Below, in pieces: positions 20,061 through 30,225 of a stretch of DNA of 64,000 nucleotides (position 1 is the stretch's first letter; every line of letters starts with the position of its first letter). The notes below the pieces were generated by a model. The model had not been told where the DNA came from. It saw only the letters and a program-made list of their open reading frames with translations, and made no database searches. Where the stretch lies: the NCBI GenBank assembly GCA_963662315.1, contig OY759353.1, positions 3,008,001 to 3,072,000 on the forward strand, in the 5' to 3' direction. This DNA is from Geopsychrobacteraceae bacterium (GTDB taxonomy: Bacteria > Desulfobacterota > Desulfuromonadia > Desulfuromonadales > Geopsychrobacteraceae). A program made the translations under genes and the position numbers.

Positions 20061-20948
20061 TTAACTGTCTATCCTCTTATAGATCCGCTCTGCCGGGTCA
20101 ACACACTGAAACAGACTGCGGCAATCGGGTGCCATGGTCTCGGCACGACCCAGCATCAGGTATCCCCCCGGCACCAATGTGGCCGCCAGAGTCTCCAGCA
20201 CCTGTTGTTGCAGATCCCGGGAAAAATAGATCAGCAGGTTACGGCACAGGATCAGATCGGCGCGATAAAAAGGTTGCTCAGCAACAATATCATGGCGATA
20301 AAACTGTACTGCCTGGCGTAATTCGCTACCAACCTGATAGTCATCATGCTGACTGATAAAATAACGGCCCAGCTGCTCTGGGCTGACATTGTGCAGCTGG
20401 TCAACGCTATATATCCCGCGCCTGGCTTTTCTGATCGCATCAGAGCTGATATCGGTTCCGATGATAGCGATCTGGTCACTTTTCTCAACGAACTTGCGGC
20501 TTACTAACGCCAGGGAGTAAACCTCTTCACCACGAGCACAACCGACACTCCAAAAACGTAACTTGGCACCATCATGTCGCGCACCAGCGGCCAGAGACGG
20601 AATAATCGTTTTGGACAGAGCCCGAAATGCACTGGGATTTCTGAAAAACGTAGAAACATGAATACTCAGCGCCAGCAACAACTGCTGCTGTTCTGCCTTA
20701 TCATCTGCCAAATGCTGCAGATAAGCGCACCCATCCGGCAGTCCCACAGCCCGCATCCGGGCTGCCATGCGGCGCTTAATGGCATTCACCTTATAACCTT
20801 CAAGCTGAAACTGCTGCTGCTCTTTCAGGATTCGGGCAATGCCCTGATATACTTCATCGTCAACCGCCGCACCGGTAAAGGGCTGACGCTCGGCCAAGAC
20901 ATCTCTGGTGCCAGTTTCTGTGGTCAGAGAGGGACATGTTTCTGGCAT
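20061..20948 (-). CDS. cheR: Chemotaxis methyltransferase
   Basis: HVSTFFRN, WSVGCARGEEVYSLA, GTDIS and ILCRNLLIYF. ATG 20948 follows the thiL stop by one base. Confidence 0.92.
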   Translation of the reverse strand: MPETCPSLTTETGTRDVLAERQPFTGAAVDDEVYQGIARILKEQQQFQLEGYKVNAIKRRMAARMRAVGLPDGCAYLQHLADDKAEQQQLLLALSIHVSTFFRNPSAFRALSKTIIPSLAAGARHDGAKLRFWSVGCARGEEVYSLALVSRKFVEKSDQIAIIGTDISSDAIRKARRGIYSVDQLHNVSPEQLGRYFISQHDDYQVGSELRQAVQFYRHDIVAEQPFYRADLILCRNLLIYFSRDLQQQVLETLAATLVPGGYLMLGRAETMAPDCRSLFQCVDPAERIYKRIDS

Positions 20949-20949
20949 A

Positions 20950-21930
20950 TCAGCCAAAATGATCAAACCCCTTGAGCAGATACGGGAACTTATTTCCAAC
21001 CTCGTCAAAAACCCTGAGCCCAGGAGTCTGGCTGATGACTCCAATGCGGGTAATATAAGGATAAAAATCCTGGTGCCGATCAAGATCCTTCAGTGGCGAA
21101 GTAAAGATCAATTCATAATCTTCGCCGCCACCCAGAGCCAGCTCCATCAGGCTGCTATCGCGCTTTAACTCAGCCTGAAATGGCTCAGAAAGAGGAACCA
21201 GAGCCAGCTCGATATCGGCTCCGACCCCTGAGTCTTCCAGAATATGGTTAAGATCAGCCAGTAAACCGTCAGACACATCAAGCATCGCGGTTGCCCAGCC
21301 TGCCCGCGCCAGCGTCTCTGCCAGACGGACCCGGGGCTCAGGCGTATGAAAACGACTGGCAAAGTGTTCTGATGGAAACTCCCCCTTTAACAATGTCTTC
21401 AACGCCATGGCGCTGTCACCAAGGGTTCCGGAAACATAGATAGCATCTCCGTAACTCGCTCCGTTGCGGTAGATCGCTTCACCAGAGGCAACTGAACCCT
21501 GGACCGTCACCGAAATCATTAACGGTCCAGGAGAACCGCAGCTATCGCCACCAGCCAGTACCGCCCCATGCAGCTCGGCTTCAGCAATAAAACCCGAGAT
21601 AAAGTCTTTGAGATCACTGTCTTCAATATCACTGGGCCGGCCAAGCCCGAGGAATAGTGACTGAGGAGTCCCTCCCATTGCAGCAATATCGCTGATATTG
21701 ACCGCTGCCGATTTGCGGCCAAGATTGTAAAAACTGGTCCATTCCCGTTTAAAATGAATCCCTTCGATGAGCAGATCGGAGCTGGTCAGCAGGTCTCTAC
21801 CGGCAACCTGCGGCTGCACGGCACAATCATCACCAATGCCAAGGGTCAGATGAGCACCTTTTCCCGCCGTCTGATCGATCCACCGGATCAGGTCGAATTC
21901 ACCCAGTTTTTTATGTTTTTGTTCAGACAT
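20950..21930 (-). CDS. thiL: Thiamine-monophosphate kinase
   Basis: GEFDLI, GIGDDCA, NISDIAAMGG, DVSDGL and GGEDYEL. Confidence 0.95.
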   Translation of the reverse strand: MSEQKHKKLGEFDLIRWIDQTAGKGAHLTLGIGDDCAVQPQVAGRDLLTSSDLLIEGIHFKREWTSFYNLGRKSAAVNISDIAAMGGTPQSLFLGLGRPSDIEDSDLKDFISGFIAEAELHGAVLAGGDSCGSPGPLMISVTVQGSVASGEAIYRNGASYGDAIYVSGTLGDSAMALKTLLKGEFPSEHFASRFHTPEPRVRLAETLARAGWATAMLDVSDGLLADLNHILEDSGVGADIELALVPLSEPFQAELKRDSSLMELALGGGEDYELIFTSPLKDLDRHQDFYPYITRIGVISQTPGLRVFDEVGNKFPYLLKGFDHFG

Positions 21931-22010
21931 TTTTATTTTACCAATTATTAATTTTTAATATGTGATTATTATTTTTCTTCCACTTTTTGTCAAGAAAACC
22001 CCGTCTGATT

Positions 22011-22039
22011 AAAAAAAAGCCGGGCTCAAAGCCCGGCTT
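22011..22039 (-). terminator. Intrinsic terminator of pckA
   Basis: Stem-loop AAGCCGGGCT-CAA-AGCCCGGCTT with an A8 run, which is a U tract on the minus strand. Confidence 0.85.
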
Positions 22040-22067
22040 GATAAACAATTATATTTTAAAAGGATTT

Positions 22068-23648
22068 CTAGACTGCCGGCCCTGCCGTAGTGAAATCAAA
22101 GTCTGCATTGTCGAGAACATATTTCTTAAAGTTACTAATAAACATATCCGCCAGTTTACGCGCTGTCGCATCAAATTCATCCTGGTCACTCCAGGCCAAA
22201 CGGGGATTCAACAAGTGTGCATCAACGCCGGGCAGGCTTTTAGGGATATTCAAACCAAAGAAGCGGGTCTGCTCAAACTCGACAGCATGAATACTGCCAT
22301 CCAGAATCGCATTGATACAGGCACGGGTTGCCTTGATACTCATCCGCTTGCCGACTCCATAGCCACCACCGGCCCAGCCGGTATTTACCAGGAAGGCATT
22401 AACCTGGTACTTTTCCATCTTTTCCCCAAGCAACTTGGCATACTCGGTGGGATGCAAAGGCAGAAAAGCTTCGCCAAAACAGGCTGAAAAAGTTGCCTGG
22501 GGCTCGGTAACCCCTCGTTCGGTGCCAGCGACTTTGGCCGTGTACCCTGACAGAAAGTAATACATAGCCTGTTCTTTGGAAAGCTTGGAAACCGGTGGCA
22601 ACACTCCAAAGGCGTCACAGGTCAGAAAAATAATATTCTTGGGATGTCCCGCTTTAAGAGTCGGCTCATGATTGTCGATATGGTGAATCGGATAGGAAAC
22701 ACGGGTGTTTTCCGTTTTGCTGTTATCCGTGTAGTCAACGATACCATCCTCGTTATACACAACATTTTCGAGCAGCGCATCACGTCGGATGGCATTGAAA
22801 ATTTCCGGCTCACTTTCAGGCGACAGATCGATACACTTTGCGTAACAGCCACCCTCGAAATTAAAAATACCATCTTCGTCCCAGCCATGTTCATCGTCAC
22901 CAATCAACTTGCGCGCCGCATCAGTGGACAGGGTCGTTTTACCAGTACCGGACAGGCCGAAGAACAGGCAGACATCGCCGTCCTTGCCGACATTGGCACT
23001 GCAGTGCATCGACAGGATGTTCTCCAGGGGCAGCCAGTAATTCATCATGGTAAAGATGCCTTTTTTCATCTCACCGCCATACCAGGTACCGCCGATTATG
23101 GCCACGTTACGCTCAATATTAAAGATAACGAAAACCTCTGAATTCAGCCCCATCTCCTGCCATTTCGGGTTGGTGAGGCCAGCGGCATTGTAAACCGTAA
23201 AACTCGGCGCGAAGCCATTAAGCTCACTGGCTTCAGGTCGAATGAACATGTTCTTGACAAAATGTGACTGCCAGGCGATTTCGGTAATAAAGCGAACCTC
23301 CTTGCGGGTCAGAGGATTTGAACCGCAATAGCCATCGGTGACATATATATCCTTGCCGGACAGATAGTTAATAACCTCAGCGTAGAGTTCGTCAAAAATT
23401 TCGTTGGAAACAGGCTGGTTGATTTTTCCCCAGGCAATCTGCTCAGCCGATGGAGCCTGTTTGACAAAATATTTATCCTTAGGTGAGCGCCCTGTGAACT
23501 TGCCGGTGTCGACGATCATCGTTCCGCTATAAGACAGCGCTCCCTCTTTGTTTTTCGTTTCATGATCAAACAACTCATCATAACTCAAATTATGATAAAC
23601 CCGACCAACGGCATTCAACCCCAGTGTCTCTGCGTTCAAATCACTCAT
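22068..23648 (-). CDS. pckA: Phosphoenolpyruvate carboxykinase (ATP)
   Basis: [38 protein letters not shown] and [18 protein letters not shown] precedes ATG 23648. Confidence 0.96.
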   Translation of the reverse strand: MSDLNAETLGLNAVGRVYHNLSYDELFDHETKNKEGALSYSGTMIVDTGKFTGRSPKDKYFVKQAPSAEQIAWGKINQPVSNEIFDELYAEVINYLSGKDIYVTDGYCGSNPLTRKEVRFITEIAWQSHFVKNMFIRPEASELNGFAPSFTVYNAAGLTNPKWQEMGLNSEVFVIFNIERNVAIIGGTWYGGEMKKGIFTMMNYWLPLENILSMHCSANVGKDGDVCLFFGLSGTGKTTLSTDAARKLIGDDEHGWDEDGIFNFEGGCYAKCIDLSPESEPEIFNAIRRDALLENVVYNEDGIVDYTDNSKTENTRVSYPIHHIDNHEPTLKAGHPKNIIFLTCDAFGVLPPVSKLSKEQAMYYFLSGYTAKVAGTERGVTEPQATFSACFGEAFLPLHPTEYAKLLGEKMEKYQVNAFLVNTGWAGGGYGVGKRMSIKATRACINAILDGSIHAVEFEQTRFFGLNIPKSLPGVDAHLLNPRLAWSDQDEFDATARKLADMFISNFKKYVLDNADFDFTTAGPAV

Positions 23649-23913
23649 GTCTTTCTCCCCGTAAGTAGCCCTAAAACACAATCAAAATAACTTGGTAAAT
23701 AACCTTGCCTTTACTGATTTATCAGCAATTTTTCTCCGTAAGTGGAGATTTATAGCTTAATCCTAAATTTGAGACAACAGGTAAATCCTTGTATTTACGA
23801 GATAATTTATTATACAAACTGGAAAATAAATATGATGACTAAGGATTTACCCTCTTTTTTAAAACATGTTATCCTAAAAAAACAACCGTCAACAATGAGT
23901 AAAGGTATTGCTT

Positions 23914-24804
23914 ATGAGAGTTTTTGTTACCGGCGGCAGTGGTTTCGTGGGCCGAGAACTCATCAGACAACTGCTGGCTAAAGGGTATCATGTAAGAGCA
24001 TTAGCCAGGTCTTCCGACCGATTTAAAGACTTTCCGCAAATCGAAACCGTCATCGGCGATACAACCATGCCGAAAACCCTCAAAAATAAAATGACTGATT
24101 GTGACGCAGTCATTCACCTGGTTGGAATTATTCGCGAGATACCAGCCAAAGGTGTTACCTTTGAGCATCTCCATACACAATCGACGGCTCATGTTATCAC
24201 CGCCGCCGGGGAACAGGGGATAAAGCGCTATCTGCAGATGAGCGCCAACGGCACCATCGTAAATGCTACCACGAAATATCACAAAACCAAGTGGCAGTCA
24301 GAAGAAAAGGTAAGAAATTCCGGACTGGATTGGACAATCTTTAGGCCATCACTGATCTTTGGCCCTGATGACGCCTTTATCAACATGTTGGCCAGGATGA
24401 TCAACATTCTGCCGGTCATTCCGGTTTTTGGTGACGGCCGTTACGCCCTTCAACCTGTTCATGTCCGCGATGTAGCCGCCAGCTTTGTTGCCTCCTTAGA
24501 TCGGGACGACACCATAGGACAGACATATCATTGTTGTGGACCGGAAACATTCAGCTACAATGAACTGCTGGATGTTATCGGCACAGCCCTCGGCAAGAGA
24601 TCGTCCGTCTGCAAATTGCACCAGCCATTATGGCTGGTAAAACCTCTGATTTCAGCCTTTGAGTCATTTTCCCTATTTCCGATCACCAGTGATCAGTTGC
24701 AGATGCTACTCGAAGGGAACATTTGCACTGATAAGAAGTGGTCCAAATGCTTTGATGCTGAAATGATCCCGCTGACCACAGCAATCAAGGAGTATTTAAA
24801 ATAG
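23914..24804 (+). CDS. NAD-dependent epimerase/dehydratase, NDUFA9-like atypical SDR
   Basis: VTGGSGFVG, HLVGII, YHKTK and RPSLIFG. Confidence 0.85.
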   Translation: MRVFVTGGSGFVGRELIRQLLAKGYHVRALARSSDRFKDFPQIETVIGDTTMPKTLKNKMTDCDAVIHLVGIIREIPAKGVTFEHLHTQSTAHVITAAGEQGIKRYLQMSANGTIVNATTKYHKTKWQSEEKVRNSGLDWTIFRPSLIFGPDDAFINMLARMINILPVIPVFGDGRYALQPVHVRDVAASFVASLDRDDTIGQTYHCCGPETFSYNELLDVIGTALGKRSSVCKLHQPLWLVKPLISAFESFSLFPITSDQLQMLLEGNICTDKKWSKCFDAEMIPLTTAIKEYLK

Positions 24805-24889
24805 CAAATTCATATGGCGAAATCCCGGCGGTAAATAAAAAACCTTCATACCGAAAGGCAGGAAGGTTTAAGCAATACCAAATCAAAAA

Positions 24890-25600
24890 TTACAGATCGA
24901 TATTATGCCGCGAACGATGCCCCTTGTCTTCCCCGCCGTTGGTGCGTGAGATGCTTTCGAGCAGAACCTTCCCTCCGATTGCTGCGGTTTTTTTAACCAG
25001 CTCTTCCGCAGCCCGTCCATCACGTTGACGAAATGCTTCGAGCAATTTGTCATGCTCATCAACAGAAATGTCCATCCGCCCCTCTACTGACAATGAAGCC
25101 ATCCGTAACCGGTTAAATTTCATCCCGAGTTGCTGGATCAGGTCGTACAACTTACTGTTATTAGCAGCCTTGATGAAAGTTTCGTGAAATTCATTATGAA
25201 CGCGGAAAAAATTCTTCACATCCCCTTCTGTTGCCAGTTGACGCAAACGTTCATTGGTAGCTTCGAGCTTTTCAATTTCCTTATCGGTCAGTTTGGCACT
25301 CGCCAGCTCAGCAGCGTACCCTTCCAAAATACTTTTTATCGCGTAGAATTCTTCGACGTCACGTTCTGATAAAGCGGCGACAACGGCTCCCTTACGCGGA
25401 ATGACCGTCAAATACCCTTCCGATTCCAACTGGCGAAAGGCTTCACGAATCGGCGTGCGACTGATACCAAACCGTTCTGCGAGTTCAGGCTCAGCTACTT
25501 TTTCACCGGGCTTCAGATTACCCTTCAGAATAGCTTCCCGAATTGTTTCGAGAATTTTTTCACGTAAGGTTTGATGTCGTTCTATTTGTTTAGTCTTCAA
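24890..25600 (-). CDS. GntR-family regulator (FCD domain)
   Basis: wHTH LAERFGISRTPIREAFRQLESEG and FCD motif HNEFH. AGGAG sits 7 nt before TTG 25600. Confidence 0.92.
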   Translation of the reverse strand: MKTKQIERHQTLREKILETIREAILKGNLKPGEKVAEPELAERFGISRTPIREAFRQLESEGYLTVIPRKGAVVAALSERDVEEFYAIKSILEGYAAELASAKLTDKEIEKLEATNERLRQLATEGDVKNFFRVHNEFHETFIKAANNSKLYDLIQQLGMKFNRLRMASLSVEGRMDISVDEHDKLLEAFRQRDGRAAEELVKKTAAIGGKVLLESISRTNGGEDKGHRSRHNIDL

Positions 25601-25628
25601 ATTCAATCTCCTGTAGACAATTTAGTAA

Positions 25629-25656
25629 ATTGTATACAGTATACATATAGTGTCAA
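25629..25656 (-). promoter_or_regulatory. Sigma70 promoter of the GntR gene, overlapped by palindrome TGTATAC-A-GTATACA (25631-25645)
   Basis: Minus strand reads TTGACA-16 nt-TACAAT. The palindrome has perfect 7-bp arms. Confidence 0.75.
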
Positions 25657-25850
25657 TTGTTTTTTTCTCCTACAATGCATTAGATCTTCGCTATTTATTG
25701 TAATTTTGCTATTCGCCGACTATCATCAATAAAACCGGAGGAGAAACAGCGGATAGATTCTATATAAATGGTCTGCGTTCCTTACGCCACATGTAAAAAT
25801 GTTCTCCCGAACTTGATAGGGCTCTTATCCATTTGTGACATAATAACGCT

Positions 25851-26645
25851 ATGCTATCGAAACTTTTCATCCATGTTCCGCTTCAGCAACTGGGGCGCAG
25901 ATTGCCTCTGCTGATTGCTCAAAGGTTACAACCGGAAATCGCCTGTCATGAAGTGAATCTTGATAGCCTTGATCTGACCGAGCTCAGCGACTATGCCGAC
26001 GAACTGCACCGTCACGGTCTCGCGACAACTTTGCACGCACCCTTTTCAGGCTTCAGCTGTGGCAACAGCCGCCGTAATATTAATGATCAGTCCCGGCGTA
26101 TCGTTGACCGGGCACTGGAACTCGCCCAGCTGATGCATTCGTGCCGGATTGTCTTTCATCCGGGCCTTCCTTATGGCAGCACTAAAAAACACCAACAACA
26201 GTGGCTCGACCTTTCCATCCCTTTCTGGCAAAACTATCTCAGCCAGGCGAAGCAACAACAGACAATTCTCTGTCTTGAGAATATCTGGGAAACTAGATTT
26301 GACTATCAGCTCTCCTTGTTACAGGAAATAAATTCCACTTGGTTTGGTCATGTCTTTGATATCGGCCATTATCATCTTTTTTGTGAGCAGCCTCTTTCAG
26401 AATGGCTTGCCCATATTGGCCCCTATATCAGACATCTGCATATTCATGATAATCATGGCAACAGTGACGATCACTTGGTTCTTGGTGATGGCAACGCACC
26501 GCTTACGGAGCTTTACCTGTGGCTTACAAAACAGACTGATATTCCAACGGTAACCCTTGAAAATCGTCACCTTGAGCAATCCTTGTTGTCACTGGAACAC
26601 CTGAGAGCATATCAGCCCGACTTGTTGACCAGGCTTACCGCCTGA
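25851..26645 (+). CDS. Sugar-phosphate isomerase/epimerase or AP-endonuclease-2 TIM-barrel metalloenzyme
   Basis: TLHAPF, VFHPG, LCLEN, FDIGH, HLHIHDNHGNSDDHL and TLE. Confidence 0.85.
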   Translation: MLSKLFIHVPLQQLGRRLPLLIAQRLQPEIACHEVNLDSLDLTELSDYADELHRHGLATTLHAPFSGFSCGNSRRNINDQSRRIVDRALELAQLMHSCRIVFHPGLPYGSTKKHQQQWLDLSIPFWQNYLSQAKQQQTILCLENIWETRFDYQLSLLQEINSTWFGHVFDIGHYHLFCEQPLSEWLAHIGPYIRHLHIHDNHGNSDDHLVLGDGNAPLTELYLWLTKQTDIPTVTLENRHLEQSLLSLEHLRAYQPDLLTRLTA

Positions 26646-26654
26646 AGCCTGCAT

Positions 26655-26687
26655 AAAAAAGCCTGGCACCAAAAAGATGTCAGGCTT
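26655..26687 (-). terminator. Probable intrinsic terminator of the cytochrome operon
   Basis: Stem AAGCCTGGCA...TGTCAGGCTT preceded by an A run, between convergent genes. Confidence 0.6.
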
Positions 26688-26714
26688 GTCTGTTCAAGTC
26701 TTATCAAATTCCCG

Positions 26715-27170
26715 TCAGGTCGGGTTACCGATTCGGTGCTGGCTATCCTGATACAGGTGAATTCCGATGTACCCCAGTTCAAAGAGATAAAGACTCAAAC
26801 ACACCCCCGTCAACAGGGTGAACAGGACTGAGCATTCTCCCGCACAAGCACCAAACACTATAAAACCACAGCGATATCCCAGCTGCTTCCACGTTAATTG
26901 CGGCTTCTGACCCGCACTGAAGGCTGCCCCGGTCAACGTGATGACAGAAAATACATAGAGGGTAAAAATAACCCCGATATGCAGGGCCTGCGGCGGTCGG
27001 CCGAGAATCACTTTCCAGGGCTCTGGAGCCGCCACCAGCGGATGCCAGTTTATCAGAGCATCGACAACCAGGCATACCAGCAAAAATATAGCGACTTCAA
27101 CCAGTTTGCAGGTCCAGATTTTATTCAACTTATTATTGGGATGATCGATTTGTTTGATCATTATCGCCAC
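26715..27170 (-). CDS. Multi-pass membrane protein, probable accessory subunit of the cytochrome bc module
   Basis: Three to four hydrophobic segments. Starts 23 nt downstream of the cytochrome b gene. Confidence 0.6.
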   Translation of the reverse strand: MAIMIKQIDHPNNKLNKIWTCKLVEVAIFLLVCLVVDALINWHPLVAAPEPWKVILGRPPQALHIGVIFTLYVFSVITLTGAAFSAGQKPQLTWKQLGYRCGFIVFGACAGECSVLFTLLTGVCLSLYLFELGYIGIHLYQDSQHRIGNPT

Positions 27171-27193
27171 TCCTTGCCTCTGCTGTTACTAAC

Positions 27194-27910
27194 CTAATGC
27201 ACCAGATGCTTTTTTTCATGCAAAGGCGTCTGCTTGATATCCTTGCCTGGATGCGGCTGTGCCTGTGCTGGCGAAATACCCACTTCTTCGTCTTCCCAAC
27301 CAGTCCACATGGCCTTAATATGTTCCATGGGAGTATGACCCATGGTTGCCAGGTAAATATGGGTCGGTAAAAATGCCACCAGGCAGCACGCAAGAATAAA
27401 ATGCAACCCGATCAGGAACCTGAGACCACCGATCATAATAATCAGACCGCGTAACGGTTCCACATTGGTCAACAAGATACCGGACAAGCTGACCAACGGA
27501 ACCAGAACAAACATAATTGCCAGGTAGGCTGATTTCTGGAGCGGATTGAACTTGTTTTTCGGCGTCGGATGATGAGGATTTTCCCACCCCAGAAAATAGG
27601 TTAGAAAATAAAACTTCGCCTGCCGCACGATACCGCTCTTCAGATCTTCCAGCTTCGGAACATAAACATCCGCCATAGAACGGGCAACAAACAGATAATA
27701 GAAAAACCACAGCGTAAAGGAGAGCGCAACAACATAGCCTGCGGTGTGATGCAGATAGACTGCGGCGCTGTAATTGCCCAGCCAGTCAATATATTCCGGA
27801 TAACGGATCTGTGCCCCTGAAACAGTCAGAGTGATGATACCCAAAGCATTCAGCCAGTGCCAGATACGTACTGGCGTCGGTTGCAGATAGATACGTTGTT
27901 TTTCCTTCAT
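27194..27910 (-). CDS. Di-heme cytochrome b (Ni/Fe-hydrogenase cytochrome b family), CbcB-like
   Basis: RIWHWLNA, LHHTAG, KFNPLQKSAY and HFILA...THIYL provide His ligands. ATGA overlap with the cytochrome c gene. Confidence 0.88.
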   Translation of the reverse strand: MKEKQRIYLQPTPVRIWHWLNALGIITLTVSGAQIRYPEYIDWLGNYSAAVYLHHTAGYVVALSFTLWFFYYLFVARSMADVYVPKLEDLKSGIVRQAKFYFLTYFLGWENPHHPTPKNKFNPLQKSAYLAIMFVLVPLVSLSGILLTNVEPLRGLIIMIGGLRFLIGLHFILACCLVAFLPTHIYLATMGHTPMEHIKAMWTGWEDEEVGISPAQAQPHPGKDIKQTPLHEKKHLVH

Positions 27911-28965
27911 GGCTCATCCTTTTCATGGCGACGGTTCTTACGGGTCAGAAAACGTAAAGTTCCGTGGCCAACCGGCATAATAAAACCGCTGCAGATAATG
28001 ATCAGGCCAAGAATATCGAGGGACGCACTTCTGGTAATACCTGTTATGTATAAATCACGATTGCCGTATAAGGCCTCGAGGATGGCCTCACGCGCAACCG
28101 GGATAAGCTGTTCATTGCCAGCGTCTGTCGGTAGAATCAGGTAACCTGATTGAACTGTTTTACGCCCGGAGGCATGACAGAAGGTGCAATCATAGCGATT
28201 ATCTAAGGTCATCAGGTTATGGGAAACGTGGGCCGGGACCAGTGTTGCGTGCAACCGTAAATCGCTGTGCTCCGAGCTGTTCCTAAAGCGCTTGAGTTCT
28301 GCTATGGAAATCAGCTGATCGCCGTTCACATCGATCAACTGCTGACCATGTTCCTGGTCAGCCATCCCCGTCAGTTCTTCATTGCTGACTGGCCTATACT
28401 TTTTGATCAGCCCCTGAATCTGTTGCCTTTCGATGGTCAGGACAATCTCATATCCGGGGGCCGTCATATGGCAGGTCACACATGGCAGAGAGTTTAAGTG
28501 CAGAGGCGTCTGGGGTAACCATGCTTCATGGTAGGTGGTTATCTCCTGCTCCTGGTGACAGGCAAGACATGTCTGGTTCATGGTTTGCGCAGTCTGGCTG
28601 CGAAAGGCAACGACACCATGAGGATCATGACAATCCTGGCAGGCTGCATTGGTCAGGTGCGGGCTTTTCTGGTAGACCTCGGCTATCTCTTCATGACAGG
28701 ACTCGCAACGGATAGCAGTCCCTGAGACATCCTGCCCGGGATGATCTTCCGTGATTGTCTCATGGCAGGTTTGACAACCCAGTTCGCTGTGCGCAGTCCG
28801 GTTAAACTGCTCGCTGACAACCAAAGATTGCTTCCCGACCATGTCCCTGTCAGCGTGACAGTCAAGACATTCATCTGCAGCTTCTGCTGCACAACTGAAC
28901 AGACCACTACAGGTCAGAATGATGATCGCCATTAGCAACGGATATTTGTTCTTCGTATATGTCAT
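27907..28965 (-). CDS. Heptaheme cytochrome c with EF-hand-like loop and C-terminal TM anchor, CbcA-like
   Basis: Seven CxxCH motifs (CLDCH, CQTCH, CESCH, CQDCH, CLACH, CVTCH, CTFCH), DVNGDQLISIAEL, signal peptide, and a TM helix containing His (GHGTLR). Confidence 0.9.
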   Translation of the reverse strand: MTYTKNKYPLLMAIIILTCSGLFSCAAEAADECLDCHADRDMVGKQSLVVSEQFNRTAHSELGCQTCHETITEDHPGQDVSGTAIRCESCHEEIAEVYQKSPHLTNAACQDCHDPHGVVAFRSQTAQTMNQTCLACHQEQEITTYHEAWLPQTPLHLNSLPCVTCHMTAPGYEIVLTIERQQIQGLIKKYRPVSNEELTGMADQEHGQQLIDVNGDQLISIAELKRFRNSSEHSDLRLHATLVPAHVSHNLMTLDNRYDCTFCHASGRKTVQSGYLILPTDAGNEQLIPVAREAILEALYGNRDLYITGITRSASLDILGLIIICSGFIMPVGHGTLRFLTRKNRRHEKDEP

Positions 28966-29094
28966 GATTTACCTCATCACCACGGCAGTCAGAAGATGTC
29001 AATGGGCTGGCTTTCAGAATAATTAGTGTTCCAGCCTGTAACTTACCACTTGCTAAACGAATGCGATGCTCGTATCAGGTTGTGCCGCTCGCCA

Positions 29095-29337
29095 TCAGCG
29101 GTGTTTAACCGGGACCGTTTTCGCTTCCTGCCGTTTACCGAAAATTCCTTTGATCAGAGCAAAAAACATGGCTATGACAGGCAGTAGCTGCAGCAAAATA
29201 ATCAGGCCGCAAACTCCTAGAAACAGATAAACGAGGAGCATGCTTCCGCCGCTTTCCCGTTTTGCTGTTTCAGCTGCCAAGCTGGTTATCGGCAGCGATA
29301 AGACCACACAACACCCGTATTGAAATAGATTTTTCAT
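29095..29337 (-). CDS. Small membrane protein
   Basis: Signal-like N-terminus, hydrophobic LLVYLFLGVCGLIILLQLLP and a GAGGA RBS. Confidence 0.7.
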   Translation of the reverse strand: MKNLFQYGCCVVLSLPITSLAAETAKRESGGSMLLVYLFLGVCGLIILLQLLPVIAMFFALIKGIFGKRQEAKTVPVKHR

Positions 29338-29378
29338 GGCTCATCCTCTCTATGATTTGATGTCGCTGTTCTCCTGCT

Positions 29379-29768
29379 TCACACTGGCTGAAAGCCGTCA
29401 ACCGCGCATTCAACCACCGTCCGTAATTCTTCATTATCTTCCTGGTTGTGAGGCTTTAACGCGTGATAGAAGATACCGTCTTCCCGGATGCGCTTTAGAG
29501 TGGCCAGTGAACTGTCATCCGAAATCAGGATAATCTTCAGGTTTCTGTTACATTTGCGCATCAACCCAATGACATCGATGGAAGAAATCTTCTCCTCAAA
29601 GGAGTCGCCAAGAATTACAATCGGTTCCTGTTTTTGCACAATCTTTGCGATGGCATAAGCTGCCGATCCAGTTGCATCCACCTCAAAGTGTGAATGTTTA
29701 AAAAAGTCCGCCAACTCTTTGCGGGCCTTGACATCACGATCCGCTATTAGAATTTTTCGCGCTTTCAT
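29379..29768 (-). CDS. Stand-alone receiver domain, possibly atypical
   Basis: ILIADRD, VILGD and ALKP. Gly appears to occupy the usual phospho-acceptor position, with Asp shifted by one. Confidence 0.75.
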   Translation of the reverse strand: MKARKILIADRDVKARKELADFFKHSHFEVDATGSAAYAIAKIVQKQEPIVILGDSFEEKISSIDVIGLMRKCNRNLKIILISDDSSLATLKRIREDGIFYHALKPHNQEDNEELRTVVECAVDGFQPV

Positions 29769-29779
29769 CGCTTCCCCCG

Positions 29780-30007
29780 CTACCGGCTATTGGTTTTTTC
29801 CTCCAGTCCTGGCTTGACCATGTTTTTTAGCAGACTGCTGCAGTGCAATAGTGCTGGCATGGCCTGAAATCCCAGGATAAAGCCGAAAAACAGAATGAAC
29901 ATTTTTGTTAATGGACTCACCGCGACCCCCCATCCATGACTCAGCGTCGCAAGAGTAACAGCAAGGGCAATACAGATAATGAGTGCATAGATGAGTTTTG
30001 CCTTCAT
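29780..30007 (-). CDS. Small two-TM membrane protein (75 aa)
   Basis: GAGGAG RBS before ATG 30007 (MKAKLIY...). First gene after a sigma54 promoter. Confidence 0.7.
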   Translation of the reverse strand: MKAKLIYALIICIALAVTLATLSHGWGVAVSPLTKMFILFFGFILGFQAMPALLHCSSLLKNMVKPGLEEKTNSR

Positions 30008-30047
30008 AACAATTGTCTCCTCTTGTTTGCGAACTGATCTTCTATAA

Positions 30048-30063
30048 AGCAACCCACATACCA
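30048..30063 (-). promoter_or_regulatory. Sigma54 (-24/-12) promoter of the cytochrome bc operon
   Basis: Minus strand reads TGGTATGTGGGTTGCT, with exact GG-N10-GC spacing. Confidence 0.8.
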
Positions 30064-30170
30064 AATTGTTTAATTTTTTATCAAAACTCTTCAAACTACT
30101 GAATTAACCCAATATTCATTTTAGATTATGCTTATATCCTGTCTTTCAATAGGTCCGGTCTTTATCTTTT

Positions 30171-30206
30171 TTCCTGTTCTTCAGGAATTTTCCTGCCTTG
30201 CAAGAA
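30171..30206. promoter_or_regulatory. Tandem putative enhancer (UAS) sites for a sigma54 activator
   Basis: TTCCTG-N5-CAGGAA (30171-30187) and TTCCTG-N5-CAAGAA (30190-30206), about 110-140 bp upstream of the -24 element. Confidence 0.6.
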
Positions 30207-30225
30207 TTTCAACCGTCCTTCCCAG

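Noticed and set aside
20949..21083. 45-codon N-terminal extension of cheR in the ORF track
   Set aside because: It overlaps the thiL C-terminus. ATG 20948, right after the thiL stop, is the more plausible start.
30008..30094. Longer start for the small membrane protein
   Set aside because: It would run through the sigma54 promoter, and the RBS supports ATG 30007.
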